This document shows positions 38,775-48,118 of a stretch of DNA of 64,000 nt, in pieces. The translations under genes and the position numbers were made by a program. Numbering within the stretch: position 1 is the stretch's first letter; every line of letters begins with the position of its first letter. This DNA is from Lachnospira sp. GTDB lineage: Bacteria > Bacillota > Clostridia > Lachnospirales > Lachnospiraceae. Location of the stretch: the NCBI GenBank assembly GCA_051879515.1, contig JBJEME010000055.1:1961-65960 (forward strand), written 5' to 3'. The notes under the pieces are model-generated. The model was not told where the DNA came from. It worked only from the letters and a program-made list of their open reading frames with translations, and made no database searches.

Positions 38775-40310
38775 ATGAATGTAGTAAGCAGCACGATACG
38801 GGATATACTTGTCAGGGCAGAGGCTTCATATGGCTCATGTGATGCCTTCAGATACAAGGCTAAAAGCGAAGATCCGGATGGAAAAAAGACGATTGTTGAG
38901 CATAAAACATACACTGAATTAAAGCAGGATTCGGAGAAATTATCCGCAGCGCTGGAATCAATCGGTGAGAAAAATACCCATATTGCAATTCTTGGAGCAA
39001 CATCATATGAATGGGTAGTCACCTATATGGGAACGGTAAATGGAGGAAATGTGGCGGTTCCCCTGGATGCACAGCTTCCGGCAGATGACATATGTGATCT
39101 TTTGGTGCGGGCAGATGTGACAACACTTGTATATGATGACAGCAAGGCTTTGACAGCGGAAGAGGCTTCTTTGAAATGTCCGGGACTTCGCCATCTTATT
39201 GCGATGAGCAAGGAAGAAGATGATGGCAATATACTGTCATTCTGGAAACTGGTAAATGCACAGGAACAGGGTTATGATTATGCGCCTGATCCTGAGGAAC
39301 TTGCCACAATCATGTTTACCTCGGGAACAACAGGAAAAAGCAAGGGAGTAATGCTATCTCACAGGAACTTGGCAGAAAATGCAACATGTCTTGACATGAA
39401 GATTGAAGAGGGAACAGTTATAATGTCAGTCCTTCCTATTCATCATGCCTATTGCCTGAGCATGGATATCTTAAAGGGACTATCAATCGGCTGCGTCATA
39501 TGCATAAATGATTCGCTGATGCGTGTTGCAAGGAATATAAAGCTCTTTGAGCCGAACATGATACTTATGGTACCGCTTATGATAGAAACTCTTGCCAAAA
39601 AGTTAGAGTCAGCAGCACTTCTTCCTGCACCTATAGTGAAAGCTAAAGTATTCGGAAAGCAGTTTCACACCATATGTAGCGGTGGCGCTTACATGAATCC
39701 GGCTTACATAGATACATTTAAAAAATATGGTATTACAATACTTCAGGGCTATGGCATGACGGAATGTTCCCCTGTAATAAGCACCAATCTGCCATGGAAC
39801 AGTAAAGTTGGTTCTGTGGGAAAGCTTCTGCCTAACTGTGAGGCTAAGACAGTCGATGAGGAACTCTGGGTAAAGGGATCAAGTGTCATGCAGGGCTACT
39901 ATCACATGCCGGAAGAGACTGCAGAAACACTTGCTGACGGATGGCTTAAAACAGGAGATCTGGGATATGTGGACGAGGATGGATTTGTGTTCCTGACAGG
40001 AAGAAAGAAAAATCTCATTATTACTCCGAACGGAGAAAATGTATCTCCTGAGGAAATCGAGAATAAGCTTTCTGAAAAACGTATCATACAGGAGGTTCTT
40101 GTTCGAGAAAGCGACGGTGTCATTGAAGCAGAAATCTATCCTGACTATGAATATGCCGCAAAGAAAAAAGTGAAGGATTTAAGGAGCAACCTTCAGGAAA
40201 TTATAGATGAATATAATACGAATGCACCTCTTTATAAGCGTGTTGTAAAACTTAAGATTCGTGAAACTGAATTCGAGAAGAATACAACGAAAAAGATAAA
40301 GAGATTCTGA
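38775..40310 (+). CDS. Fatty acyl-AMP / long-chain acyl ligase (adenylation domain)
   Basis: MFTSGTTGKSKG, GYGMTE, KTGDLG, GRKK, ENVSPEEIE. Confidence 0.93.
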   Translation: MNVVSSTIRDILVRAEASYGSCDAFRYKAKSEDPDGKKTIVEHKTYTELKQDSEKLSAALESIGEKNTHIAILGATSYEWVVTYMGTVNGGNVAVPLDAQLPADDICDLLVRADVTTLVYDDSKALTAEEASLKCPGLRHLIAMSKEEDDGNILSFWKLVNAQEQGYDYAPDPEELATIMFTSGTTGKSKGVMLSHRNLAENATCLDMKIEEGTVIMSVLPIHHAYCLSMDILKGLSIGCVICINDSLMRVARNIKLFEPNMILMVPLMIETLAKKLESAALLPAPIVKAKVFGKQFHTICSGGAYMNPAYIDTFKKYGITILQGYGMTECSPVISTNLPWNSKVGSVGKLLPNCEAKTVDEELWVKGSSVMQGYYHMPEETAETLADGWLKTGDLGYVDEDGFVFLTGRKKNLIITPNGENVSPEEIENKLSEKRIIQEVLVRESDGVIEAEIYPDYEYAAKKKVKDLRSNLQEIIDEYNTNAPLYKRVVKLKIRETEFEKNTTKKIKRF

Positions 40311-40319
40311 TGGAAAGGG

Positions 40320-40402
40320 GCTGTCGCATTAAGAAATGAAATTAGTGCGGCGTCTCTTTTTTAGTCTATGAAGGCACCGCACTAATTTCTTAATACGACA
40401 GC
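40320..40402. repeat. Long imperfect inverted repeat (REP/MITE-like or bidirectional terminator)
   Basis: GCTGTCGCATTAAGAAAT[GAAAT]TAGTGCGGCGTCT versus AGGCACCGCACTAATTTCTTAATACGACAGC. Confidence 0.75.
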
Positions 40403-40436
40403 TATGTTAGGGGCGAATAGCCCTTAACTGTGATAC

Positions 40437-42185
40437 CTACGGATTGTTCCGTACTTCGTTCACCGGTGCTATAAAATTGGAAAGAGCTGCTACCATTTTT
40501 GGATGCCGGATTACAAAATGAATAACAGGTGTTTTTATCTTGGAAATCATGACATATTTACCTTCCAGTATGTGAATCTGGATGTTACCAAAAACCGGTG
40601 TTCCCGAATCATGAAACGTATAATTCTGATGAGATTCTGCGTATTCTTGTGTCAGACCTACATGAGCCAGATACTCATCATATGTGTATGTTATATCAGT
40701 CTCACAAAATGCACCTGCAAGTGCCATATGAACGGGATGAAGCTTAAATTCCTCCTCAGACAATACAGCTACATCATCAAGAACAGTGCTGTTTTGCAGA
40801 ACTTCTTCTGAAAGGATGCGCTGCTGCTCAGCAAAAGACAGTATTTTGCTTCGTTCTGTATTATCTATGTTTAGGCGGTCCAGTATATTCTTAAGTAATT
40901 CAGGAGATATTGTATAAACCGGAGGCGATGATAAAATATTGCGTCGGCTCCCGTTTTCCTGCGCATCTGACGCTAAAAATGCCTGAAACAGATTCTTGGA
41001 ATCTGCGCGGAAAATATCCATAAGAGGCAAAGCCTTAGAAAGAAGGTCAGACGCCTTCTGCTTATAATAGGCAACCTCCTCTTTGTTGTTGGTAAGATAA
41101 TATTTGCCGTTCTTATGATAACCATTTATGCATTCACCGGTCAGTGCAACAGTTCCGGAAACATAATTGAAGTGATGATACACATCTGTTGACACATTGG
41201 GAAGATGATAAGGCGAAACCTGTCCAGTCATATAAATAGGTATCCAGCTTTCAAGTCCCAGCATCATCTCCTGAAACGGTCTGTCAATATTGTGAATAAT
41301 ATTCAGATGCAGACCTTTTTTCAGAGACATGGCAATTGCAAACATCCACTTCTTGTTAAAATCCATATCCTCAGCCATATCAACCATCGGCATGTCACTA
41401 CACATAAAAATTGGTTCCTGTGATTTAGAAAGGACTGTCGATTTGAAAAAATCAAGTTCTCCTTTACGCATTTCTTCAATGCCGTAATAATTTCTTGATG
41501 TTGGCAGTTGAAATGGGACGGAAGGCACTTTTAATTCATCAAAATGAATAGCACGGATATATTCATCCAGATTGAATTCATCCAGCTTTTTTAAGAAGTT
41601 CTCCATGTAATCATCAGTCTGTTCAAAGGAGCCGTGATACAGCCATTCACGCAGATGCGACAAATAATCTGAATTCTCATAAATATCGTTCAGAGTACAT
41701 CCAAGCAGAGCGGCAGCTTTTGCTTTGTCAGAAGGCTGGCTGTGTCTGGATACAATAAAGCGGCAGAAGCTGTTACAAAACTCATTAAGATCACTTGGGC
41801 ATCTTTGACCGGACCGGATACGGTACAAATATGACACATCAAAATTAGTAGCTAAAGACATCACTTTCATGTTGATTCCAAGCGTATTGATTATAGTGTT
41901 ATAATTGGCAACGAACTTTTCATAATCCTCATTCTTCTGATTCAAAGTGCTTATGAAATCAGAAGAAACAGTTTCCATTGTTATGTCGGTAATATTTTTT
42001 TCATTGGCGATTTGAACTATGCCGCTAACAAGCTTTTGGAATTGTTCACTGCCGGGCACAGGCTCACGCTCTCCGGTGCGGTAGCGGCTGATTACGGCGG
42101 CAGACAATCCGGAAGCATCTGCCAGCCCCTTTGCGTTGCAACCAAGCTTGTCAATATATTCATTTATCAGTTCGTGAAATGTCAT
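40437..42185 (-). CDS. Large XRE-HTH transcriptional regulator-like protein
   Basis: N-terminal LADASGLSAAVISRYRTGEREP HTH, a second HTH-like segment (SYLYRIRSGQR), and a long unknown C-terminal domain. Confidence 0.7.
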   Translation of the reverse strand: MTFHELINEYIDKLGCNAKGLADASGLSAAVISRYRTGEREPVPGSEQFQKLVSGIVQIANEKNITDITMETVSSDFISTLNQKNEDYEKFVANYNTIINTLGINMKVMSLATNFDVSYLYRIRSGQRCPSDLNEFCNSFCRFIVSRHSQPSDKAKAAALLGCTLNDIYENSDYLSHLREWLYHGSFEQTDDYMENFLKKLDEFNLDEYIRAIHFDELKVPSVPFQLPTSRNYYGIEEMRKGELDFFKSTVLSKSQEPIFMCSDMPMVDMAEDMDFNKKWMFAIAMSLKKGLHLNIIHNIDRPFQEMMLGLESWIPIYMTGQVSPYHLPNVSTDVYHHFNYVSGTVALTGECINGYHKNGKYYLTNNKEEVAYYKQKASDLLSKALPLMDIFRADSKNLFQAFLASDAQENGSRRNILSSPPVYTISPELLKNILDRLNIDNTERSKILSFAEQQRILSEEVLQNSTVLDDVAVLSEEEFKLHPVHMALAGAFCETDITYTYDEYLAHVGLTQEYAESHQNYTFHDSGTPVFGNIQIHILEGKYVMISKIKTPVIHFVIRHPKMVAALSNFIAPVNEVRNNP

Positions 42186-42358
42186 TTACTTCTGTTCTCC
42201 TTTGAGTCGTTATAGTTTCCACTTAATTATAACTTATTAAAGATTGATGTAAAACAAAAATTGACAAAAATGACAAATGCCTGGTGCGGTAATTTTAAAA
42301 CAAAATAAGACAAAAAATTGTATAATCATAACAAAAAACAGGAGGACGGGAAAAGCCT

Positions 42359-43255
42359 ATGAATAATAATCTGAATAAAAAAGGAAATCTTATAAAGATG
42401 CTGGTATGTGCGGTATTATTAGTTGTCATTGCTGTTTTGGGGATTGTGACAGGACTGCTTAGTACGGACGAGCTGGGAGAAATGTTTGCTGTCAGTGGCG
42501 AACCGCTTCTAAAGCTTGCAGTAATGCTGTTTGGTGTACTGCTCCTGGAAAATCTTGTGGTATTTATCTTTGGAAGCATAAAGCCAAAGAGCCACAGGGC
42601 AAGATCAGTGGTATCGTTGATATCCAGCCTTGCAAAGTATGTTGCGTTTATCGTTATACTCTGCTGGGGACTTTCAATTCTTGGAGTCAATATTGGCACA
42701 ATCATTGCCAGTGTTGGAGTTCTGGCTTTAATTGTTGGTTTCAGTGCAGAAAGCCTGATTGCAGACATGGTAACAGGAGCCTTTATGCTCCTTGAGAATC
42801 AATATAATGTCGGGGATATTGTGGAGGTAAATGGTTTCAGGGGAACCGTGACAAGCATCGGTATCAGGACAACATGTATTACAGACACCGGAGACAACGT
42901 AAAAATTATCAATAATTCTGAGATGAAAAATATTCTGAATCGTTCTGACAATTTCTCAAGGGCTGTCAGTGATATTGCAATACCTTATGAAACTGATATT
43001 GAAAAGCTTGAGGGAGAGCTTCCGAAACTGATGGAGGAAATATACAATGCGCATACGGATATAATGCAGAAGATTCCTCAGTATCTTGGAATACAGTCAC
43101 TGGAAGATTCAGGAATACTGCTCCGTTTTGTGGTTGAGGTTTCGGAGAAAAATATTTTCTCTGCGACCAGAGCGATGAACCGTGATTTACTTCTCGGCTT
43201 CAGAAAGCTTGGCGTAGAATGTCCTTTCCCTCAGATTGATGTACATAGTAAGTAG
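42359..43255 (+). CDS. Small-conductance mechanosensitive channel (MscS family)
   Basis: GVLALIVGFSAESLIAD...YNVGDIVEV...GIRTT...NN, PFPQ. Confidence 0.92.
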   Translation: MNNNLNKKGNLIKMLVCAVLLVVIAVLGIVTGLLSTDELGEMFAVSGEPLLKLAVMLFGVLLLENLVVFIFGSIKPKSHRARSVVSLISSLAKYVAFIVILCWGLSILGVNIGTIIASVGVLALIVGFSAESLIADMVTGAFMLLENQYNVGDIVEVNGFRGTVTSIGIRTTCITDTGDNVKIINNSEMKNILNRSDNFSRAVSDIAIPYETDIEKLEGELPKLMEEIYNAHTDIMQKIPQYLGIQSLEDSGILLRFVVEVSEKNIFSATRAMNRDLLLGFRKLGVECPFPQIDVHSK

Positions 43256-43260
43256 GGGCG

Positions 43261-44205
43261 GTGCCTATGAAAAAAGATTTGGAATACAATATGGGACAGG
43301 AGTTTGAACTGCCTCCCGACGAGTATCTGCAGGGCGGAGGTAATGAAGTCCCGGAGGGCAGGAAACGGAAAGCTGTCTGGAAAAAAATGATATATATGGT
43401 TGCATCATTTTCAGTTGTGGCATACGTGGCAGTTTCATCTTCAGACTCCATGATACCGGCGCACATAGGAACAGATAACAAAGTGACTGATAAAGAACCC
43501 CAGGGAATATCTGATAAGCAGGATGCAGCGGAAGTACCGGAAACAGAGGCTCCAGACGGACAGAAGGGAAATGCCTCACTGCCGTCACTGAAAATATATC
43601 CTATAGAAGATGGAACATCATTTTATGTGGTGAATAATGAAACATATGACATGAACAGTGAAACGGGATACCGGATTCTTGGGCAAGGTTTCATTTTCGA
43701 GTCCTTGCTCCTTCAGGGAATGGACTATCAGCTTCCAAAGCATGAGCCTTCGGAAGGGTATGAGTTCCTGGGCTGGGTAATTTACTATGACGGCGGTAAT
43801 TATGGAATGGCAGGAAATGCTCTGACAGCAGAAAATGTATGCTATGTAAAACCGGAGAATGGCAGCCGTTCCATTGAGGTTCACGCAGCATGGCGCCGTG
43901 ATGGAATTGGTCAGCATCCTTACCTTTTAACACTGGATGCTAATGGCGGCACAATCGAAGGAGAAAGTACGGCAACCTACGATGCAGCCGGACCAATGGA
44001 ATCGGGAACCAATATATATTTGTGTGCGTATCCTGTTCCTGAACGGGAAGGCTATACATTTGCGGGCTGGTATGCAAATCCTGATTCCAGCGGTAAACAG
44101 ACAAATAAATTGTTTGGATTGGATTTCTATGAAAAGAATGGTGATGCTTATAACTGGAGTAAGACCATACCAATCACTCTCTATGCCGGATGGGTAAAGA
44201 ATTAA
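43261..44205 (+). CDS. Single-pass membrane protein with InlB B-repeat / Flg_new-like domains
   Basis: One TM helix; GYEFLGW...HAAW and LDANGG...PEREGYTFAGWY...TLYAGW. Confidence 0.75.
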   Translation: MPMKKDLEYNMGQEFELPPDEYLQGGGNEVPEGRKRKAVWKKMIYMVASFSVVAYVAVSSSDSMIPAHIGTDNKVTDKEPQGISDKQDAAEVPETEAPDGQKGNASLPSLKIYPIEDGTSFYVVNNETYDMNSETGYRILGQGFIFESLLLQGMDYQLPKHEPSEGYEFLGWVIYYDGGNYGMAGNALTAENVCYVKPENGSRSIEVHAAWRRDGIGQHPYLLTLDANGGTIEGESTATYDAAGPMESGTNIYLCAYPVPEREGYTFAGWYANPDSSGKQTNKLFGLDFYEKNGDAYNWSKTIPITLYAGWVKN

Positions 44206-44272
44206 CATTAGTGTATCAGGCTATTTACGAACCGATGCACTTCAAACCAAAACAACTTATACAGTATTGACG

Positions 44273-44307
44273 ACGGCTGAAGGCTGATTATATCAGCTTT
44301 CAGCCGT
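44273..44307. terminator. 16-bp stem inverted repeat
   Basis: ACGGCTGAAGGCTGAT-TAT-ATCAGCTTTCAGCCGT. Confidence 0.6.
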
Positions 44308-44325
44308 ATTAAGTTCATTGGAATA

Positions 44326-44354
44326 TTGACGTTAAATGTTGTAAATGGTAAACT
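44326..44354 (+). promoter_or_regulatory. SigA promoter of the polysaccharide locus
   Basis: TTGACG, 17 bp, extended -10 TGgTAAACT. Confidence 0.7.
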
Positions 44355-44410
44355 ATTATAGTTCTTATATTTGAACACTCTTGATATTCTGGAGAAAAGG
44401 GGATGCATAC

Positions 44411-45415
44411 ATGATAATAACTAAAACACCATTCCGTATGTCGTTTTTTGGAGGAGGTACGGATATGGAGGATTATTTCAGAGATAATGGCGGCGCTGTT
44501 ATTTCAACAACATTTGATAAATATTGTTATGTAAATGTCAGACATCTTCCCAGATTTTTTGATTACTCCACCGAGTTGGCATATTCAAAAACGGAAAGAG
44601 TAACTGAGATAGATGATATTCAGCATCCGGCGATTCGTAATGCAATGAAGATGTTGGATATGAGAGAAATAAGATTGACCTACGAGGCAGATCTTCCCGC
44701 ACGTTCGGGATTGGGAACATCATCTTCTTTTGCGGTAGGTATGTTAAATGCTTTTTATGCATTGAAGGGAAAGTATGCTTCTAAGAAGAAACTGGCTGAT
44801 GAGGCCATTTTTCTTGAGAGAGTACTTTGTCAGGAAGCTGGAGGATGGCAGGATCAGATTGCAGCCTCTTATGGCGGATTTAACAGAATTAATTTCGGAC
44901 CTGATGGGTATGAAGTATTACCTGTGATTATTTCTCCGGAAAGAAAAAAGAGACTGAATGATAACCTTATGATGTTTTTTACCGGTTTTACACGTTTTTC
45001 TTCGGATGTGCAGAAAGTAAACATGGTTTCATCTACAGAGGAGAAGAGGGCTCGTCTTAAGAAAATGTACGAACTTGTTGATGAAGCGGAAGAAGTTCTG
45101 GTGAATAGGGATAGAGATTTGGATGATTTTGGACGCCTGTTAGATATGACCTGGAGACTGAAAAAGGAAACCGGGAATTCCATAAGTACAGGCAGTATTG
45201 ATGAATTATACGAAAGAGGAATCAAAGCCGGAGCACTTGGCGGAAAGCTGCTTGGTGCAGGTGGAGGCGGCTTCCTTGTTTTTTATGTGCAACAGGATAA
45301 ACAGGATGAAGTTAAAGAGGCCATGAAAGATTTAATGTACATACCATTTGAATTTGAGAATGGTGGTACAAGGGTAATACACTACAGCCCGGAAGAATAT
45401 GAACACAGAGGATAG
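44411..45415 (+). CDS. hddA: D-glycero-alpha-D-manno-heptose-7-phosphate kinase (GHMP family)
   Basis: KTPFRMSFFGGGTD, PARSGLGTSS, GGWQDQ, GGKLLGAGGGG. Adjacent to hddC/gmhB/gmhA. Confidence 0.87.
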   Translation: MIITKTPFRMSFFGGGTDMEDYFRDNGGAVISTTFDKYCYVNVRHLPRFFDYSTELAYSKTERVTEIDDIQHPAIRNAMKMLDMREIRLTYEADLPARSGLGTSSSFAVGMLNAFYALKGKYASKKKLADEAIFLERVLCQEAGGWQDQIAASYGGFNRINFGPDGYEVLPVIISPERKKRLNDNLMMFFTGFTRFSSDVQKVNMVSSTEEKRARLKKMYELVDEAEEVLVNRDRDLDDFGRLLDMTWRLKKETGNSISTGSIDELYERGIKAGALGGKLLGAGGGGFLVFYVQQDKQDEVKEAMKDLMYIPFEFENGGTRVIHYSPEEYEHRG

Positions 45416-45417
45416 AT

Positions 45418-46728
45418 ATGAAAGTAGTAATAATGGCAGGAGGAAGAGGAACGAGAATAGCTGAGCTTTTTCCCGACATACCAAAGCCTCTTATACCAAT
45501 ACAAAATGTTCCGGTTTTAGAAAGAGAAATAATTTCCCTTGTCTCTCAAGGTTTTACTGAATTTATTATTACTGTTTCTTATATGGCAGATAAGATAATG
45601 GAATATTTTGGCGACGGAAGCAAGTGGGGAGCATTAATTGAATATTTTGTTGAGGAGACTCCATTAGGCAATGCAGGTGCACTATTTAAATTGCAGGATA
45701 AGATAGGAGAAGAAGATTTTTTGCTCCTGAATGCAGATGCCGTGTTTGATGTGGATTTTAATCGGATGGTTTCTTATCACGAGGAAAAAGGTGCACTGGT
45801 CACACTTTTTACACACCCAAACTCTCATCCATACGACAGCAGCCTTATTCTTGCAGGAGCAGATGGCGCTGTTGATAAATGGCTTGCCAAAGAAGATGAC
45901 AGGCCAAGGTGGTACAAGAACAGGGTGAATGCCGGTCTTCATGTGATATCTCCAAGAATTTTTGCAATGAGTGGAATAGATGGCAGTAAAGTTGGAACAC
46001 AAGGTAAAGATGGAACAATTACAAAGGTTGACCTTGACCGTCAGTTATTAAAGCCCATGTGTAATACGGGAAAAGTATTTTGCTATGATTCGCCGGAGTA
46101 CGTAAAAGATATGGGAACTCCTGAAAGATATATGAGTGTAGCAGAGGATTACAAAAATGGAAAGGTTCAGGCGAAAAACCTTGCTAATAAACAAAAGGCC
46201 ATATTTTTAGATCGCGATGGGACAATCAATAAGTATGTCGGCTTTTTAAGGAGAGAAGAAGAGTTTGAACTCATACCCGGGGTAGCAGAGGCTGTAAAGA
46301 AGATAAACAACAGTGGTTATCTTGCTGTTATTGTTACTAATCAGCCCGTTATAGCCAGGGGAGAGGTTACATATTCTCAATTGGAGAATATAAACAATAA
46401 GATGGAAACACTTCTCGGTGAAGAAGGTGCATATCTTGATGCAATTTATTTCTGTCCGCATCATCCTCATAAAGGGTTTGATGGGGAAGTACCAGAATTA
46501 AAAATTGATTGTGAATGCAGGAAACCAAAACCGGGCATGCTTTTAAAAGCTGCCAAAGATTTAAATATTGATCTTGGTAAGTCTTTCATGGTCGGTGATG
46601 GCGAGAATGATATCAAAGCAGGTAAATCTGCCGGGTGTAAGACTGTGCTGTTAAATTCTGAATGTGAAAACTTTGGTCAGGATTATTCTGTTAAGAATTT
46701 GAAAGAGTTTGTTGACCGGTATGTGTGA
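45418..46728 (+). CDS. Fused heptose-1-phosphate guanylyltransferase (HddC) and heptose-1,7-bisphosphate phosphatase (GmhB)
   Basis: MAGGRGTR...PKPL nucleotidyltransferase, then FLDRDGTIN, TNQP, CPHHP...CECRKPKPG, GD. Confidence 0.88.
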   Translation: MKVVIMAGGRGTRIAELFPDIPKPLIPIQNVPVLEREIISLVSQGFTEFIITVSYMADKIMEYFGDGSKWGALIEYFVEETPLGNAGALFKLQDKIGEEDFLLLNADAVFDVDFNRMVSYHEEKGALVTLFTHPNSHPYDSSLILAGADGAVDKWLAKEDDRPRWYKNRVNAGLHVISPRIFAMSGIDGSKVGTQGKDGTITKVDLDRQLLKPMCNTGKVFCYDSPEYVKDMGTPERYMSVAEDYKNGKVQAKNLANKQKAIFLDRDGTINKYVGFLRREEEFELIPGVAEAVKKINNSGYLAVIVTNQPVIARGEVTYSQLENINNKMETLLGEEGAYLDAIYFCPHHPHKGFDGEVPELKIDCECRKPKPGMLLKAAKDLNIDLGKSFMVGDGENDIKAGKSAGCKTVLLNSECENFGQDYSVKNLKEFVDRYV

Positions 46729-46737
46729 GGAATAAAT

Positions 46738-47376
46738 ATGAATCCTTTGGATATATTGATAGATAGATACCCTGAGTTGGCGGGGCAAAGAGAGAATATA
46801 GATGCGGCTTTCCATATCCTGGAGGAGAGCTTTAACAAAGGTGGAAAACTGCTGGTTGCAGGGAATGGTGGTTCGGCTGCTGATGCAGAACACATTGTTG
46901 GAGAGCTGATGAAAGGCTTTGAGAACCCAAGAAAGTTAAGAGAAGATGAAAAGAAAAGACTGGAAGATGTAGATTTAAAACTGGGAAAGCTCCTGGGGGA
47001 GAATCTTCAGGGAGGACTTCCTGCAATTGCGCTTGATGGGCATTTTGCATTATCCACAGCATACATGAATGATTGCGAACCGTTGCTGTGTTTTGCCCAG
47101 CAGGTTAATGGATATGGAAGACAGGAGGATGTGTTTATGGGCATATCCACTTCCGGGAATTCCAAGAATATTATATATGCAGCAACTGTTGCCAAGGCGA
47201 AAGGCATGAAGGTTGTGGGACTGACCGGGGCAAAAGACAGTCAATTAAGTGAAATGGCTGACGTTACTATCCGTTCACCACAGACAAGAACCTATATGAT
47301 TCAGGAGCATCATTTGCCAATATATCATTGCTTATGTTTAATGTTGGAAGAAAGATTTTTTGGAGAGAAGGAATAA
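46738..47376 (+). CDS. gmhA: Phosphoheptose isomerase
   Basis: GNGGSAADAEH, GISTSGNSKN, QEHH...H. Confidence 0.92.
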   Translation: MNPLDILIDRYPELAGQRENIDAAFHILEESFNKGGKLLVAGNGGSAADAEHIVGELMKGFENPRKLREDEKKRLEDVDLKLGKLLGENLQGGLPAIALDGHFALSTAYMNDCEPLLCFAQQVNGYGRQEDVFMGISTSGNSKNIIYAATVAKAKGMKVVGLTGAKDSQLSEMADVTIRSPQTRTYMIQEHHLPIYHCLCLMLEERFFGEKE

Positions 47377-48114
47377 ATGGAGAAGCAACCACTTTTAAAT
47401 ACATATGTTAATAATATAGATATGGATGAGGCTATAGAAGTCATTGAAAAAATGATTGCTTCTGATGACAAATCTTATGTTGTAGCAATTAATGTGGATG
47501 TTGTGATTAAAATGGAGGAGGATTCTTATCTTAATAAGATTACCAATCAGGCAGATATGGTGCTTGTAGATGGTAAACCTCTGATTTGGATTTCCAGATA
47601 TTATAAAAGGCCTATCAAAGCAAAGATATCCGGTTCTGATTTGGTTCCGGCTCTCTGTGAAGTGGCAGCAAAAAAAGGCTATACAATATTTATCATCGGG
47701 GGAAAGGACGGAATTGCGGAGAAAGCAAGGAAAAACCTTAAAAAGAAGCATCCCGGGATTAATATTGTTGGAACCTATGCTCCGCCTTTTGGATTTGAGA
47801 AAGATGAAAAAGAATTAGAAACAATTAATGAAATGATAAGTAAGGTGCATCCGGATTTACTGATTGCCTGTTTTGGATGTCCAAAGCAAGAAAAATGGAT
47901 ATATGAGAATTACCGGAAATACGATGCTAAGGTGTCGATATGCGCAGGTGCAACTGTGGATTTTCTGGCTGGAAATGTGAAACGGTCACCCAGATGGATG
48001 AGCAATCATGGTTTAGAATGGTTCTATCGTTTTTTACAGGAACCAAAGCGAATGTTCAAAAGATACTTTGTTGATGATGTGAAAATTTTCAAACTGATAA
48101 GGAAATACAGGTGA
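47377..48114 (+). CDS. WecB/TagA/CpsF family glycosyltransferase
   Basis: NVD, DGKPL, SGSDL, GCPKQEKW, GLEWFYRFLQEPKRMFKRY. Confidence 0.93.
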   Translation: MEKQPLLNTYVNNIDMDEAIEVIEKMIASDDKSYVVAINVDVVIKMEEDSYLNKITNQADMVLVDGKPLIWISRYYKRPIKAKISGSDLVPALCEVAAKKGYTIFIIGGKDGIAEKARKNLKKKHPGINIVGTYAPPFGFEKDEKELETINEMISKVHPDLLIACFGCPKQEKWIYENYRKYDAKVSICAGATVDFLAGNVKRSPRWMSNHGLEWFYRFLQEPKRMFKRYFVDDVKIFKLIRKYR

Positions 48115-48118
48115 TTTT

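Noticed and set aside
37023-40310. Multimodular NRPS for a peptide antibiotic
   Set aside because: There is only one C, one T and one fatty-acid-type A domain on separate genes, with no amino-acid A domain or thioesterase module.
44206-44307. IS200/IS605 end or omega/HEARO RNA (GTCAATAC on the minus strand next to a hairpin)
   Set aside because: There is no tnpA, tnpB or iscB nearby, the hairpin is on the wrong side of GTCAA, and the match is too short.
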